Part shown: in pieces, positions 17,830 to 27,936 of the stretch
Numbering within the stretch: the first letter of the stretch is position 1
How the letters are laid out: each line of letters begins with the position of its first letter
IMG/VR virus record: IMGVR_UViG_3300036715_000153
Span: 32,001-96,000 of that record
DNA: 64,000 nt
Strand: one strand, 5' to 3'
Origin: a virus
Translations under genes and position numbers: made by a program
The notes under the pieces: model-generated
Told to the model about the DNA's origin: nothing
Database searches by the model: none
The model's input: the letters and a program-made list of their open reading frames with translations, nothing else

Positions 17830-18858
17830 TTAGCGGCTACGCCTAATAGCAGCCAAGTAAGAAGTCATCTTCTCGTCCACTTTCGGTTTAGATGTACCTT
17901 CAGACTCATCAATAGATTTATTTTCTGGTACATCAACTTTCGCTACTGATTCGTCGACAGACTTAGCAACTGGAACAGTAGAGAAGTATTCTTTAATAGC
18001 TTGTACTTTAGTCTCGAACGATTTAACATCTTCGTTCATAAATTCTTTAGCCAGACCATGGAACTTGTCGACTTGTGTATCTGTAAGACCTACACATGCC
18101 TCGTCAACGATAGACACTTTCTTATCGACGATCGCTTTTTCCTCAACTTCTTGGATAGTAACGATTGCAGACTTAAGAGCAGTTTGTGTGGCCTTTAATT
18201 CTTCTTGCAAACTCTCAACGAGGTCTTGCTTCCCAGCAGGAACTTCGATGTTGTGCGATTCAAACAAGTCTTTAAGACCACTAATAAATGACTCGGTCAA
18301 CTTAGTTTGAACTTTAGACTCAACGGCTTCTTTGTTTTCTTCCAACCACTGCTCAGATACATAAGTCAAATAAGAGTCGATAGATGCTTCTTGTTCTTTA
18401 GCTTGCTCATCTAATTGCTTAGCAATGCGCTTTTCCAACTTAGCATATTTAGACTCAGCTAACTTAGTAGCAGCTTCTTTAACAGCAGCGATAAAAGTAA
18501 CTTCTGCTTTAGCTTTGAATTCTTCAGTAAGACCTTCTACACCAGAGAACATAGCTGCCACAGATTCCTTAACATCACCTGCGACTTTCATCGCTTTGTC
18601 ATCGTCTTCTTTGTCTTCGTCGTCGTCTTCTTCGTCATCATCCATAGATTCTTTAGCATCAAAAGGATTTACACCTTTTTTACCAGCCATAGATTTCATG
18701 TCCATGTCTTTATCTTTGGCTTCACCAGCCTCGTCCTCGTCTTCTTCCTTATCTTCGCCTTTGGCTTCAATAAGATCTGCGAGGTTGTTTAATCCTTGCT
18801 TGCGCAGTTCTTCAATGTTAAGTGGCATTTCTATTCCTTTGTTAAAATTGTGTTTCAT
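17830..18858 (-). CDS. gp22: Prohead core scaffold protein
   Basis: LTEEFKAKAEVTF, DSYLTYVSEQWLEEN, ESFISGLKDLFESHNIEVP. Confidence 0.93.
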   Translation of the reverse strand: MKHNFNKGIEMPLNIEELRKQGLNNLADLIEAKGEDKEEDEDEAGEAKDKDMDMKSMAGKKGVNPFDAKESMDDDEEDDDEDKEDDDKAMKVAGDVKESVAAMFSGVEGLTEEFKAKAEVTFIAAVKEAATKLAESKYAKLEKRIAKQLDEQAKEQEASIDSYLTYVSEQWLEENKEAVESKVQTKLTESFISGLKDLFESHNIEVPAGKQDLVESLQEELKATQTALKSAIVTIQEVEEKAIVDKKVSIVDEACVGLTDTQVDKFHGLAKEFMNEDVKSFETKVQAIKEYFSTVPVAKSVDESVAKVDVPENKSIDESEGTSKPKVDEKMTSYLAAIRRSR

Positions 18859-18889
18859 TAATATTTAGTTAACTACCAAAACAGGTCGC

Positions 18890-19564
18890 TTAAACTTTAA
18901 ACGACTTCAATAAGCTGTCAAACGCAGATATCGACATCTGATATCTTTCACCTGCCTTGGCTTGCTTAATTTCTTTACGTTGCCCGAGGAATCTATCGAA
19001 TTCCTCCAGCATCGCATTATTACTTAGTAATGTCAATAAACCATCAGACTCTACGATAGATGAAACAAACGCATCCGGCGCACTCGGGTTAAGCACAAAA
19101 TCTACAGTAAACAGCTTATATCCTGCTTGAATCTCGTTAATACCATTTTTATTTAGTTTAACGGAACCAGAACCGCGTGTAGACATCCCACCTTGTACAC
19201 CATTGCGGATAAGACCAGCAACTACATCTCCTAGTGGTGTACCTTCTAATATACGGGCTTTACCTATATAATTGTTGCCGTCTTTGTTAAACTCTGTAAT
19301 GAGTAAACATGCCCTTTCTGCATTTATCCTAGGCCCACCGTCTGCTGGATGATCTAATTCGCCGAGTGCTCTGTTAGTCTTAACCATAGACTCTGTAAAC
19401 GATTTTGCAGCTGGGTCGAATATAGATTCACTGTATATTCTGTTGTTTCTATTCGCTACATTCGTCTGTGCAAATACACCGGTTACGTATAATTTCTTGT
19501 CGCCATTACTATCACTTTCTGTGATCGTAGTAACATCCTCAAAATGTTTTTCAATTAGAATCAT
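18890..19564 (-). CDS. gp21: Prohead protease
   Basis: NRNNRIY, RALGELDHP, STRGSGS, DFVLNPSAPDAFV. Confidence 0.95.
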   Translation of the reverse strand: MILIEKHFEDVTTITESDSNGDKKLYVTGVFAQTNVANRNNRIYSESIFDPAAKSFTESMVKTNRALGELDHPADGGPRINAERACLLITEFNKDGNNYIGKARILEGTPLGDVVAGLIRNGVQGGMSTRGSGSVKLNKNGINEIQAGYKLFTVDFVLNPSAPDAFVSSIVESDGLLTLLSNNAMLEEFDRFLGQRKEIKQAKAGERYQMSISAFDSLLKSFKV

Positions 19565-19594
19565 GTCGTGCTTTCTTTTCTACTAAGTACATGG

Positions 19595-19909
19595 TTATTT
19601 CCCGAAAATCGATTTACGCTTACGAAGACTAATCTTCAGTTTGCGTTTAGTTTTAATCACGCGACTGGCCTTACCTTTTCGCCACGCCTTCACCATCGCC
19701 ATTTTACGATGTCTCTTTTCCTGAAAAGACATACGTTTCAATTTTATCTGACCGCCTTTACCTTTAGTTACCTTAAACCCTTTTTTAGGCTTAACTTTCA
19801 TAACCATCTTGCCGCCACGAACTACCTTAATCTTTTTAAGTTCATTGAGAACTATGTCCTCACATAGTTCTGTCAGTCGCGCATGAACAGATGTTATAGT
19901 AAGTGTCAT
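19595..19909 (-). CDS. gp68: Prohead core protein (gp68-like), highly basic
   Basis: KIKVVRGGK...KRKLKISLRKRK; synteny. Confidence 0.7.
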   Translation of the reverse strand: MTLTITSVHARLTELCEDIVLNELKKIKVVRGGKMVMKVKPKKGFKVTKGKGGQIKLKRMSFQEKRHRKMAMVKAWRKGKASRVIKTKRKLKISLRKRKSIFGK

Positions 19910-20229
19910 TTGTTTGTTGTCACTATCACCGCATTGCTACGAGTATCGTGTTTAACTGTCGCTTCGTGTCCACTGGGATGTGAGTACGTAGTATGAGCAA
20001 ACGTCTTAGGGTTCTGTGTGTATCCCTTAGATATTAAATGTTTGTGAACCTCACCTTCAGAACTCTTGGCAGCTTCTGCAGAACTATGTTGCTTTGTGTG
20101 TTCTTGCATATGCTTTCCTTTCCAAGAAGGACCTTTAGTAAATCCTTGCCCAGATAAAGCCTCGTGATGAGACTTACCCATATCAGACCCTGCTTCTAAT
20201 ATCGCTTTAACAGTATCTACGATAGCCAT
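19906..20229 (-). CDS. Hypothetical, possible internal head protein
   Basis: Within head operon; N-terminus ends in ILEA like a gp21 cleavage site. Confidence 0.5.
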   Translation of the reverse strand: MAIVDTVKAILEAGSDMGKSHHEALSGQGFTKGPSWKGKHMQEHTKQHSSAEAAKSSEGEVHKHLISKGYTQNPKTFAHTTYSHPSGHEATVKHDTRSNAVIVTTNK

Positions 20230-20230
20230 A

Positions 20231-20962
20231 TTAGTCGTCTACTTCCATATCTTTAACTGCCTTGCTAGCCGAACGAGTCTTCGACTTTTTATCATCTTCA
20301 TCTTCATCATCAGCCGCCGACTGTCTTGATTTATGTATAGTAACCTTAGACTTTTGATTGCCGCCCTTTTCATTATCTTCTGGCATATCGTCGGTACTAA
20401 CCATAACAACATCAGCAAACGAAACAGTCATAGTTTTATCTGTGTTATCGTCGTTATACTGTTTAGGAGTAACAACATAGAATTCTTTATCTTTAAGATC
20501 GGATGAAACTACGTAGAAATAGTTATTACCCGACTTCTTAGTTTTAACTTTAACTACCTTATCTGCCTTTGTACGTGACATTGGTATCCAGTCCTCAGAT
20601 ATAGCAGATTCGGTCTTAACAGGTTCCTTGCCTTTGTCGTCCAGCGCATTAGCCTTTACATCTTTGTCGGTGATTTTAATTTCGTCCTTAGCAGAGCCAG
20701 AATTTACATCTTTTGGTTTAGCTTCTTCTGTGACTGGATCGAGACTGATTCCCATTGCAATAATGATCGAGTTAATCTTGGCAGCAGATGTACCTTGTTC
20801 GGCAGCAATCTTATTAATCAGCGTAGACTTATTAATTTTAGGATTGGTTAGTATAGCCTTAAGTACAGCCAGCGTCGCAGTAGCTGCATCTGGATTAGAT
20901 GTGGACAGTTGCTTTAACTTAGTAGTATCCAACGATTCGTTTAGATAAGATTTAAAAGACAT
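20231..20962 (-). CDS. Probable internal head protein
   Basis: MSFKSYLNES resembles the T4 capsid-targeting sequence; charged low-complexity body. Confidence 0.6.
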   Translation of the reverse strand: MSFKSYLNESLDTTKLKQLSTSNPDAATATLAVLKAILTNPKINKSTLINKIAAEQGTSAAKINSIIIAMGISLDPVTEEAKPKDVNSGSAKDEIKITDKDVKANALDDKGKEPVKTESAISEDWIPMSRTKADKVVKVKTKKSGNNYFYVVSSDLKDKEFYVVTPKQYNDDNTDKTMTVSFADVVMVSTDDMPEDNEKGGNQKSKVTIHKSRQSAADDEDEDDKKSKTRSASKAVKDMEVDD

Positions 20963-21093
20963 TATTTAGATACCTGTTTAGAAATAGATTTACCCATAGA
21001 CTCAGATACTAACTTTTCAGTCTTAGCAACCTGTTCTTGTTTCTTTTGTTCTAGCGCGGCCTTAATTGCCGAAAGACTTGTATTGTCTGACAT
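20962..21093 (-). CDS. Small prohead core protein (gp67-like), 43 aa, absent from ORF track
   Basis: MSDNTSLSAIKAALEQKKQEQ..., directly downstream of the portal gene. Confidence 0.55.
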   Translation of the reverse strand: MSDNTSLSAIKAALEQKKQEQVAKTEKLVSESMGKSISKQVSK

Positions 21094-21124
21094 AGTATAA
21101 TCCTTAAATATTTGTATAATTTAG

Positions 21125-22792
21125 TTATTGTGGAGATTGATCATCTGGTGCAGCTGGCTCGTCGGTTGGAGCTGAATCTGGTTGCTGTGCCGGTGCTGCG
21201 GTATCTGCGAACTGTGTAGGTGCATCCGCGGCATCTGGCGGAGTTATTCCTTCATCGTCTATTTGTTTATTCATTTCATCGTATTCTTCGTCAGACATTA
21301 GTAAGATCTGTTTCATAACATATTCTTTAGAAACATACTTACCAACGAACATATCTGCCATCTGAACAGTAGTAAACCTCTCGCGGATAATCTCCGTCTC
21401 TTTTAACTCTGTGTAGAAACTATCCTTAGACCATTCAACAGAAAGTTGACGTTTGATATCTTCACTCTCTTCGGCCCTAATAATCTTCTTGACGATCAAC
21501 TGTGTAATTAATAAGTCGATCAACAACAAAGAAAACTTATTACGTAGTCTGTCTATAAACTTTTGAAACTTAATCTCATCGCGAGTAATTTCGGATGTTC
21601 TTCCGAGACCACCGACCATAGGAGCTTCATCACTAAGTCTAGACAACGGAACGTTCAGAGACTTATACAACTTCTTTTTCATTAACTCTAGGTCATCTAC
21701 TTCACCTAGATTAGCGCCAGACTCCAGCGTAGATATTTCGGTAGACTTACCATCCCCTCTACGTGGAATCCAAAAGTCCTCGAGCATCGACATATTACGT
21801 CTAGCGTCTTTGACTTCTCCTGTCAGTGCATCGTATGTTAAGTTCGTACGGAACTTATTCATCATGTCTTTCATATACTGCTCTGCCTTTTGTGGAGGCA
21901 TGTTACCTACGTCTACGTAGAAGATACGACGTTCTGGTGCACGAGCAATACGATACAAAACCATAGAATCTTCTAAGGTGCGTAAGTTATTCGCAGTCTT
22001 TAATGCTGGGTGTAAATATGAAAGAATACAAGAATACTCTTCGTCATATAAACCAGACGTAACGTATGCAATCGCGTCTGGTGCAATCTTAACAAGTTGA
22101 TCGATCGAGCCTAGCGATGAAGATCCGTTATATCCTGGGGCAGTTAATACCCCAGACATACCATTACCGCTATCGTTAATAGCAATAGTGGAACCCTTAC
22201 GAGCCGCCTGATATGTAAAGTATTCTTTCTTAGTCTTATTAGTCTCTACTCCAGTCTGGTTTTTAGACTTTTCAATTTCAACGACTCGTCTAATGGTAGT
22301 AGGACTGATATACCTGGCCTCAATCAGTCCTTCATTTTGATCCCAAATCTTATGGAAGTAGATACGTCCGTCGATATACCAGCGGCGGACTAAGTCGTAT
22401 GCCTTTTGATTAAACTGGATGCGAGTCATGACTTCGTCAAACTCGTTGGATATTTTATTCTTAATAGAGTTCGAAAACTTTAAGTCGTCGGTATTTAACT
22501 TAACAACATTACCTTCGGCGTCTTCAGACATCATCTCATTAACTATTTCGTCGATGGCATATGACACTTCAGGGATGCGCGATATATCCCTATATCTGCG
22601 GATTAACTCAACTTCGTTAGTAGACGCCGATGGGTCTAAGTCATACGAGAAGTTAACTCTGTTTGATTCTACTACGATAGCGCCGTCGGCGTTTGGTAAT
22701 ACAAAAGATTCGACTTCGGTAGATACGTCCATCTCCTTTTCGGGATTTTTTGTATAACCGAACATGTTTGAGATTTGTTCTAAAAGATTCAT
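21125..22792 (-). CDS. gp20: Portal protein
   Basis: WYIDGR, YRIARAPERRIFYVDVGNMP, EITRDEIKF. Confidence 0.97.
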   Translation of the reverse strand: MNLLEQISNMFGYTKNPEKEMDVSTEVESFVLPNADGAIVVESNRVNFSYDLDPSASTNEVELIRRYRDISRIPEVSYAIDEIVNEMMSEDAEGNVVKLNTDDLKFSNSIKNKISNEFDEVMTRIQFNQKAYDLVRRWYIDGRIYFHKIWDQNEGLIEARYISPTTIRRVVEIEKSKNQTGVETNKTKKEYFTYQAARKGSTIAINDSGNGMSGVLTAPGYNGSSSLGSIDQLVKIAPDAIAYVTSGLYDEEYSCILSYLHPALKTANNLRTLEDSMVLYRIARAPERRIFYVDVGNMPPQKAEQYMKDMMNKFRTNLTYDALTGEVKDARRNMSMLEDFWIPRRGDGKSTEISTLESGANLGEVDDLELMKKKLYKSLNVPLSRLSDEAPMVGGLGRTSEITRDEIKFQKFIDRLRNKFSLLLIDLLITQLIVKKIIRAEESEDIKRQLSVEWSKDSFYTELKETEIIRERFTTVQMADMFVGKYVSKEYVMKQILLMSDEEYDEMNKQIDDEGITPPDAADAPTQFADTAAPAQQPDSAPTDEPAAPDDQSPQ

Positions 22793-22876
22793 TGATTATA
22801 TGTTACAAATAATAATTTTTATTTAGTTGAACTACATGTATTGACATTTAGTCTTTGCTAGTATATCATTTTTAAT

Positions 22877-23497
22877 ATGAAAAACATTAAAATAACAGAT
22901 TACCTAAATGAACAAAGGTTGTTCCCTATATTAACTACAATATTCGATGGCTGTCTTATTACCAAACAACATCGAATGAAAATCGATGGAAAATTATTAA
23001 TTGTAGATTTTTTAATAATCACCAAATTTGGTCAATTGATCATCGAGTTCAATGGTAATCTTCATTATCAGAGAGCAGAAACTCAACTCAGGGACAACAT
23101 GTTACGCGACTACTGTATGGTAAACGATATTATGTTAGTCGAGATACCATATTTCATACAACTCACCAATGATACGGCCGCATTCCTTTTTAGTAAAGAT
23201 GTAGTCAAATATTATTTATCAAAATTCAACATATCTACAACATTTCCACATGGATTTATTTCTCCAAAACTAACTCTACCGTGCGATTTTAATATTGCTG
23301 GTTGGAATAGATTTATGTCCGATATTCATAACATAATTCCACATGACCACAACCTCGCAATAACACGTCAGATATGGGATAGTTTATATCATAAGATGGA
23401 GTCATCTACATACCCGTCTATATCTTGTACGGTCGGGGTAGATATGTACACCCATTTTATCACTCCATCCACTTTCTTTGAAAATTATCCAACATAG
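22877..23497 (+). CDS. DUF559/Vsr-like endonuclease, probable free-standing homing endonuclease
   Basis: VDF...IEFNGNLHY...RD...EIPY; antisense insertion between gp19 and gp20 with its own TTGACA promoter. Confidence 0.6.
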   Translation: MKNIKITDYLNEQRLFPILTTIFDGCLITKQHRMKIDGKLLIVDFLIITKFGQLIIEFNGNLHYQRAETQLRDNMLRDYCMVNDIMLVEIPYFIQLTNDTAAFLFSKDVVKYYLSKFNISTTFPHGFISPKLTLPCDFNIAGWNRFMSDIHNIIPHDHNLAITRQIWDSLYHKMESSTYPSISCTVGVDMYTHFITPSTFFENYPT

Positions 23498-23541
23498 ATA
23501 TTATTAAAAGGACCTAAGCGATTAAGTCCTTTAGATAATAC

Positions 23542-24069
23542 TTATTCTATACCAGCATCGCCTCTAGTCCACCACTGATATTCCATAGTTACAGTATACT
23601 CCTGGATGGTATCAATCTGCTCATACCCCAGATCAATCGTACTCAGATCAGTTGGGAATCCGCCAACAAAGTCATACTTGGCAAGCGACAAACCATTACG
23701 ATCAAACTGTTCAACTGTAAAGTCTGTTTGATACTGAGTAGCACGAGTAGCACCGATATTCTCAGCATGACCGTTAATAAGATTCATCCAGCGTTCGAAT
23801 GCTGTACGAGTCTTCCAATCAGAATCGTTAATAACTGTAAGCGTAATTGGCTGGAAATCACGATCACCTGCGATCTTGATATTTCGACCTTGATACGGTA
23901 CTTGGATAGGGTTAATAGTCGCACCTGGGATTTGTGCTACCTTTGCGTCAAACGACAACTTGAGCGATGCGCTACCGCCGTCGACACCGTCTGGAAACTT
24001 TACAGTTACTCTATACAGTGTTGGTCGTGCACCGCCTAGGAACTGCGATCTAAATTCTGCTAATGACAA
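23542..24069 (-). CDS. gp19: Tail tube protein
   Basis: GGARPTLY, GRNIKIAGDR, FERWMN, FPTDLSTIDL. Confidence 0.95.
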   Translation of the reverse strand: MSLAEFRSQFLGGARPTLYRVTVKFPDGVDGGSASLKLSFDAKVAQIPGATINPIQVPYQGRNIKIAGDRDFQPITLTVINDSDWKTRTAFERWMNLINGHAENIGATRATQYQTDFTVEQFDRNGLSLAKYDFVGGFPTDLSTIDLGYEQIDTIQEYTVTMEYQWWTRGDAGIE

Positions 24070-24118
24070 AATAATACTCCTTAAAAATTATATTAGGGGG
24101 ATTTGCTCCCCCAGTTTA

Positions 24119-26308
24119 TTAAGCCAATTCGGCGAAGTTAGCACCAGTTGCAGTAGCTACGAATTCCAACTCGATGAATGAAATGCTACGTGCTGGCTTG
24201 ATCAAGAACTTAGCTAAGAAACCATTGCTATCAATTACTTGAGGTGTATTGTTCGACTCGTCGCAAATAACCTTAAAGTCGTATATACCTCTGCGACCTT
24301 GGATATCGCGCAAGTATGGAGTAACTGTATTAGTAAATCTAGTACGAGTAAACGCATCGTTAAACTCGAACAAGATAAACTTGCTGTATGAGGCCAGCGA
24401 CTTCTCAAGCAAGATAAACAATCTACGAACGTTAATACGACTAAACGCACCTTGATCTGTAACCATAGTCTTATCGCCATACAATACAGTACCTACGCCA
24501 GGGAAAGTAACTACTGGGTTAATACCAAGCTGATACATATTATCGCGAGAAGCTTTGCTAGTAGGGTTCCACGCTAGTTGGATTGTATTCTTAATAAATC
24601 CACGATTGAAACCAGCAGGGCTCCACCATGTATCAGCTACAGAGTCTACAGACGCACACAATCCCATAGTCGAAGGGTTCAGAGGAATCCAACGATACGC
24701 ATCATTGTAACGGTCATACACTTGCTTCCAACCAGTGTCATATACAATATAAGACGAGCTGTTCAGGGCATTGCGGAAGCTAATAACATCGCGCTCTTCG
24801 TTGCCGGTATTATTTTGTACTGCTGCTAGTGGAGGAGAAATACCGCCAACGCAATCCTTACGGAAAGTACACAGTTGATCATTAATATAAGTAGCAATGC
24901 CTTGAGTACATACGCCACCTACGATCAAAGTAACGTCGATTGCTGTTTGGTCTTTATACAGCGCAAAACCAGAAATACGGTTTGCATCAGTAATAGTGCT
25001 GTTACCAGTTGCACCTGAAGTGAACGCATATACAGGGGTTGCTGAATAGCTACCGAACTTGCTAGCAGAAGCAGAACCAAACAATGCAGTGCCAGCGCCC
25101 ATCGTATCAGAAGCAGTAACAGCAGTTTCATGCGCAGTTACCCAAACATAGGCCGACGCATTGTTAATAACGTTTAAGTAATAGTTCTGTGAGCCAGCAG
25201 CAGTCTTAGAATCGATAGCCTTAGACAAGCCAACAAACTTCTCTAAGACAGTTCCTGGAGTTCCAGTAAATACACCGCTCTTATCAATAACAACTGCGTG
25301 GATTTCATCGTTTAATCCGCCGAGGTTCTTAACATAAGACGAAGTAGCAGGAGCTCCAGGCCAAGTTGTAATATAAACAACCAAGCCGTTAACTGTACCT
25401 GTTACAGCAAGCGTAGTAGAGGCAGCAGTTGCCGCTGCGCTCATTACAACAGCAGAAGCAGAAGTAATAGAAACGATAGTTGTTCCTGTTGGGATACCTG
25501 TACCTGTTAATGTTTGACCTACAGCCAACGCACCAGATGCAACAACGATATTGGTTAGGTTGGTAGAGCCGACAACAGTAGTGGCACCGGTAATGCTAAC
25601 AGTCTGGACTGTAGTAATCGACAAACCAGGAGTCGTTGCAGTTGCTGCAGCAGACATAGTTACAGTGGTATCGTTAACGATATCTGTGATTTTAGTACCT
25701 ACAGGAATACCGGTTGCTACAAGAGGCTGACCGATTGCAAGAGATCCGCTGGTCAATACAATGTTAGCCAGTGTAGTAGATCCGATAGAAATATCACCGG
25801 TACATGTCATCGAAGTTGTGCGAGACGATACAGATGCAGAAGAAGCAGAGCTAAACAATGAACGGTATTTCCACTGTGGGAAAGTATCTGCATCTGCTAA
25901 GCTAAACTCAAGTCCGTTACCCATCGAGCCGGGATACTTAGCGATAGATTTATTAGCTGCGAGGGCTGTAAGACCTTGATTGGCAAAGTCTATATCATTT
26001 TTAACTAAAACTGCGGTACCAGAAGCTACGCCGTTCTTAGCATCAGAAGATACTACGCGAACAGTCTTAAGATAACCAGAATAGGTCAAATAATCGGCAG
26101 CACACCACCAGTCAGTCCCGACTTCGTCGTTAGGACCGCCGAAGATCTTTTTAAGTGTGTCTTCAGAGTCGATGTTAACTACTTTAAGAGCTGGACCCCA
26201 TTGGAACGTACCAGCATAAGCGCCGATAGCTGTTGCTACGCTGGGTACAATCTTCGATAAGTCGGTTTCTTTAACCGCTACCGAAGGGGAAAGTGAAAAA
26301 TTAGGCAT
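24119..26308 (-). CDS. gp18: Tail sheath protein with two inserted beta modules
   Basis: SPSVAVKETD, FQWGP, WWSPAGFNRG, FSRINVRRLF, FEFND. Confidence 0.96.
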   Translation of the reverse strand: MPNFSLSPSVAVKETDLSKIVPSVATAIGAYAGTFQWGPALKVVNIDSEDTLKKIFGGPNDEVGTDWWCAADYLTYSGYLKTVRVVSSDAKNGVASGTAVLVKNDIDFANQGLTALAANKSIAKYPGSMGNGLEFSLADADTFPQWKYRSLFSSASSASVSSRTTSMTCTGDISIGSTTLANIVLTSGSLAIGQPLVATGIPVGTKITDIVNDTTVTMSAAATATTPGLSITTVQTVSITGATTVVGSTNLTNIVVASGALAVGQTLTGTGIPTGTTIVSITSASAVVMSAAATAASTTLAVTGTVNGLVVYITTWPGAPATSSYVKNLGGLNDEIHAVVIDKSGVFTGTPGTVLEKFVGLSKAIDSKTAAGSQNYYLNVINNASAYVWVTAHETAVTASDTMGAGTALFGSASASKFGSYSATPVYAFTSGATGNSTITDANRISGFALYKDQTAIDVTLIVGGVCTQGIATYINDQLCTFRKDCVGGISPPLAAVQNNTGNEERDVISFRNALNSSSYIVYDTGWKQVYDRYNDAYRWIPLNPSTMGLCASVDSVADTWWSPAGFNRGFIKNTIQLAWNPTSKASRDNMYQLGINPVVTFPGVGTVLYGDKTMVTDQGAFSRINVRRLFILLEKSLASYSKFILFEFNDAFTRTRFTNTVTPYLRDIQGRRGIYDFKVICDESNNTPQVIDSNGFLAKFLIKPARSISFIELEFVATATGANFAELA

Positions 26309-26374
26309 TTATATTACATCCTTTATTATGGTGAGAAGTTATTACTAATTAAATTTAGTAAAACAGCAAAACAT

Positions 26375-26770
26375 CTATTTCTTAAGAACATCTTTCTTAA
26401 TGAGCGCGCCGATTGATAGTTTAACTGGCTCGTTGTCCTGAATAACGTCTCTAACCGATTCACCTATCATCTTAGATGCAATACGAACGGGGGTTTCGAC
26501 GAGAATTTGTTCTGTTAGTGGAGTATAGAACTTTCCGTCGACTACGATCTCGAGACGAATATTCTTCTCGCCTTCTGATAACATACCTTCTAGTACAGGT
26601 ACGTCACATTCGACGATACCCTCTTCTGAATTATACTTAGAAGGAACCTTAATCTCGTATCCTAGTCCAGACTCTATAATAAGGGATACAGAATCCACTG
26701 TCTTGATCTTGCCGTCTATTTTCATTTCGAACTGAAATGATTGAGCTTCGTTTATTTTAAATTGAATCAT
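26375..26770 (-). CDS. Hypothetical (probable virion) protein
   Basis: ORF track; late region. Confidence 0.6.
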   Translation of the reverse strand: MIQFKINEAQSFQFEMKIDGKIKTVDSVSLIIESGLGYEIKVPSKYNSEEGIVECDVPVLEGMLSEGEKNIRLEIVVDGKFYTPLTEQILVETPVRIASKMIGESVRDVIQDNEPVKLSIGALIKKDVLKK

Positions 26771-27180
26771 TTTAATATCCTCTTTACTGATATATCCGTA
26801 GGTTTTTCATTCACACTTATATCAATAGGTGTGGTGTTAATAGAATTTAGTTTTGTTGTAAACAACGAAGAGATAATCCTACTAGATATCATATAGGTAG
26901 ATATACGTAGTTCTTTAAACTTAACATATATTCGAGCAACAGTGTCGAACAATATGTTTCTGTATGACTTTGTTATTACTCGACTGTCCCACCTAATAAT
27001 AAACGTAATGTCGTAATGGACTGTATTATCATATATGTATCTGCCGCCACCACTGGATACTGTTGGTGCTGGGGTAATGATTACTTCGACCGAATAACCA
27101 AACCCTAACTTAGCAAATATCTTATGTGAGAATACTGTAGGAGCAAGTCCTTCTGAAGCGATAGATAAGTGATTGCTCAT
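26767..27180 (-). CDS. Hypothetical protein
   Basis: ORF track; overlaps the next ORF. Confidence 0.55.
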   Translation of the reverse strand: MSNHLSIASEGLAPTVFSHKIFAKLGFGYSVEVIITPAPTVSSGGGRYIYDNTVHYDITFIIRWDSRVITKSYRNILFDTVARIYVKFKELRISTYMISSRIISSLFTTKLNSINTTPIDISVNEKPTDISVKRILK

Positions 27181-27220
27181 GATTGTGTACTATATGCGCA
27201 GTATATCGAGCAAATAAGCA

Positions 27221-27874
27221 TTACACTCTGGTGACAGTAGTCGAACCCGCATTAGAATTAATCTGCTGAGATATTGTACCTGCTGTTCTTGATGTATCAG
27301 TTACAACTAAGGGTTTAGTCATATCAAGACCATACAACGCATAGATTTCCTGTAACATAATCAACTGATTAGGAGTTAATCCATCTACTTGAGCAGATAC
27401 CTTAGTATCAATATCCCCTGCAAGCGACAGCGTATCTTTAACTAACTTACCTGCTGTGCCTGCTATATTATATGTTGATAAATCTGTTGCCCAAGGATCA
27501 CCTACCTTAACGTTTATCAAACCAGCTGAGTTATGAGGTACTATTGATACTTGATTTAGATTTCTCTTACTGTGTATATTATTGTTGCTACCAGTTATAT
27601 TTACTTGATATTGACCATCTTCGAATGTAATACTATATGGGTCCAATATCTCGATAGTTCTTGCATAAGTCAATCCGTCGATTGTAACTTCTGTGTTGTG
27701 TCGGTTTGTATCTGGCATATACATACCATCTTCACTATCGGCCCAGTCATTTAACGCATTTCTAAAAGCATTGCTATCCAATTCATAAATTTCGAATGGC
27801 AGAGATTGTACCAAAGTCATAAAAGATTTTGGTACTGATATAATGAACGTAGCTGGGTCGATTGTTATTGCCAT
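27221..27874 (-). CDS. Hypothetical virion protein
   Basis: TATAAATA late box immediately upstream (27880-27887). Confidence 0.65.
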   Translation of the reverse strand: MAITIDPATFIISVPKSFMTLVQSLPFEIYELDSNAFRNALNDWADSEDGMYMPDTNRHNTEVTIDGLTYARTIEILDPYSITFEDGQYQVNITGSNNNIHSKRNLNQVSIVPHNSAGLINVKVGDPWATDLSTYNIAGTAGKLVKDTLSLAGDIDTKVSAQVDGLTPNQLIMLQEIYALYGLDMTKPLVVTDTSRTAGTISQQINSNAGSTTVTRV

Positions 27875-27886
27875 ACTATTATTTAT

Positions 27887-27930
27887 ACGAGCATAAACGT
27901 AACAGCCTTTTTAGCTGTTACGCGGTCTAC
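27887..27930 (+). mobile_element. Solo IS605 end-hairpin element
   Basis: gcataaacgtaacagc-ctttt-tagctgttacgcggtctac following TTTAT. Confidence 0.75.
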
Positions 27931-27936
27931 ACTTCA

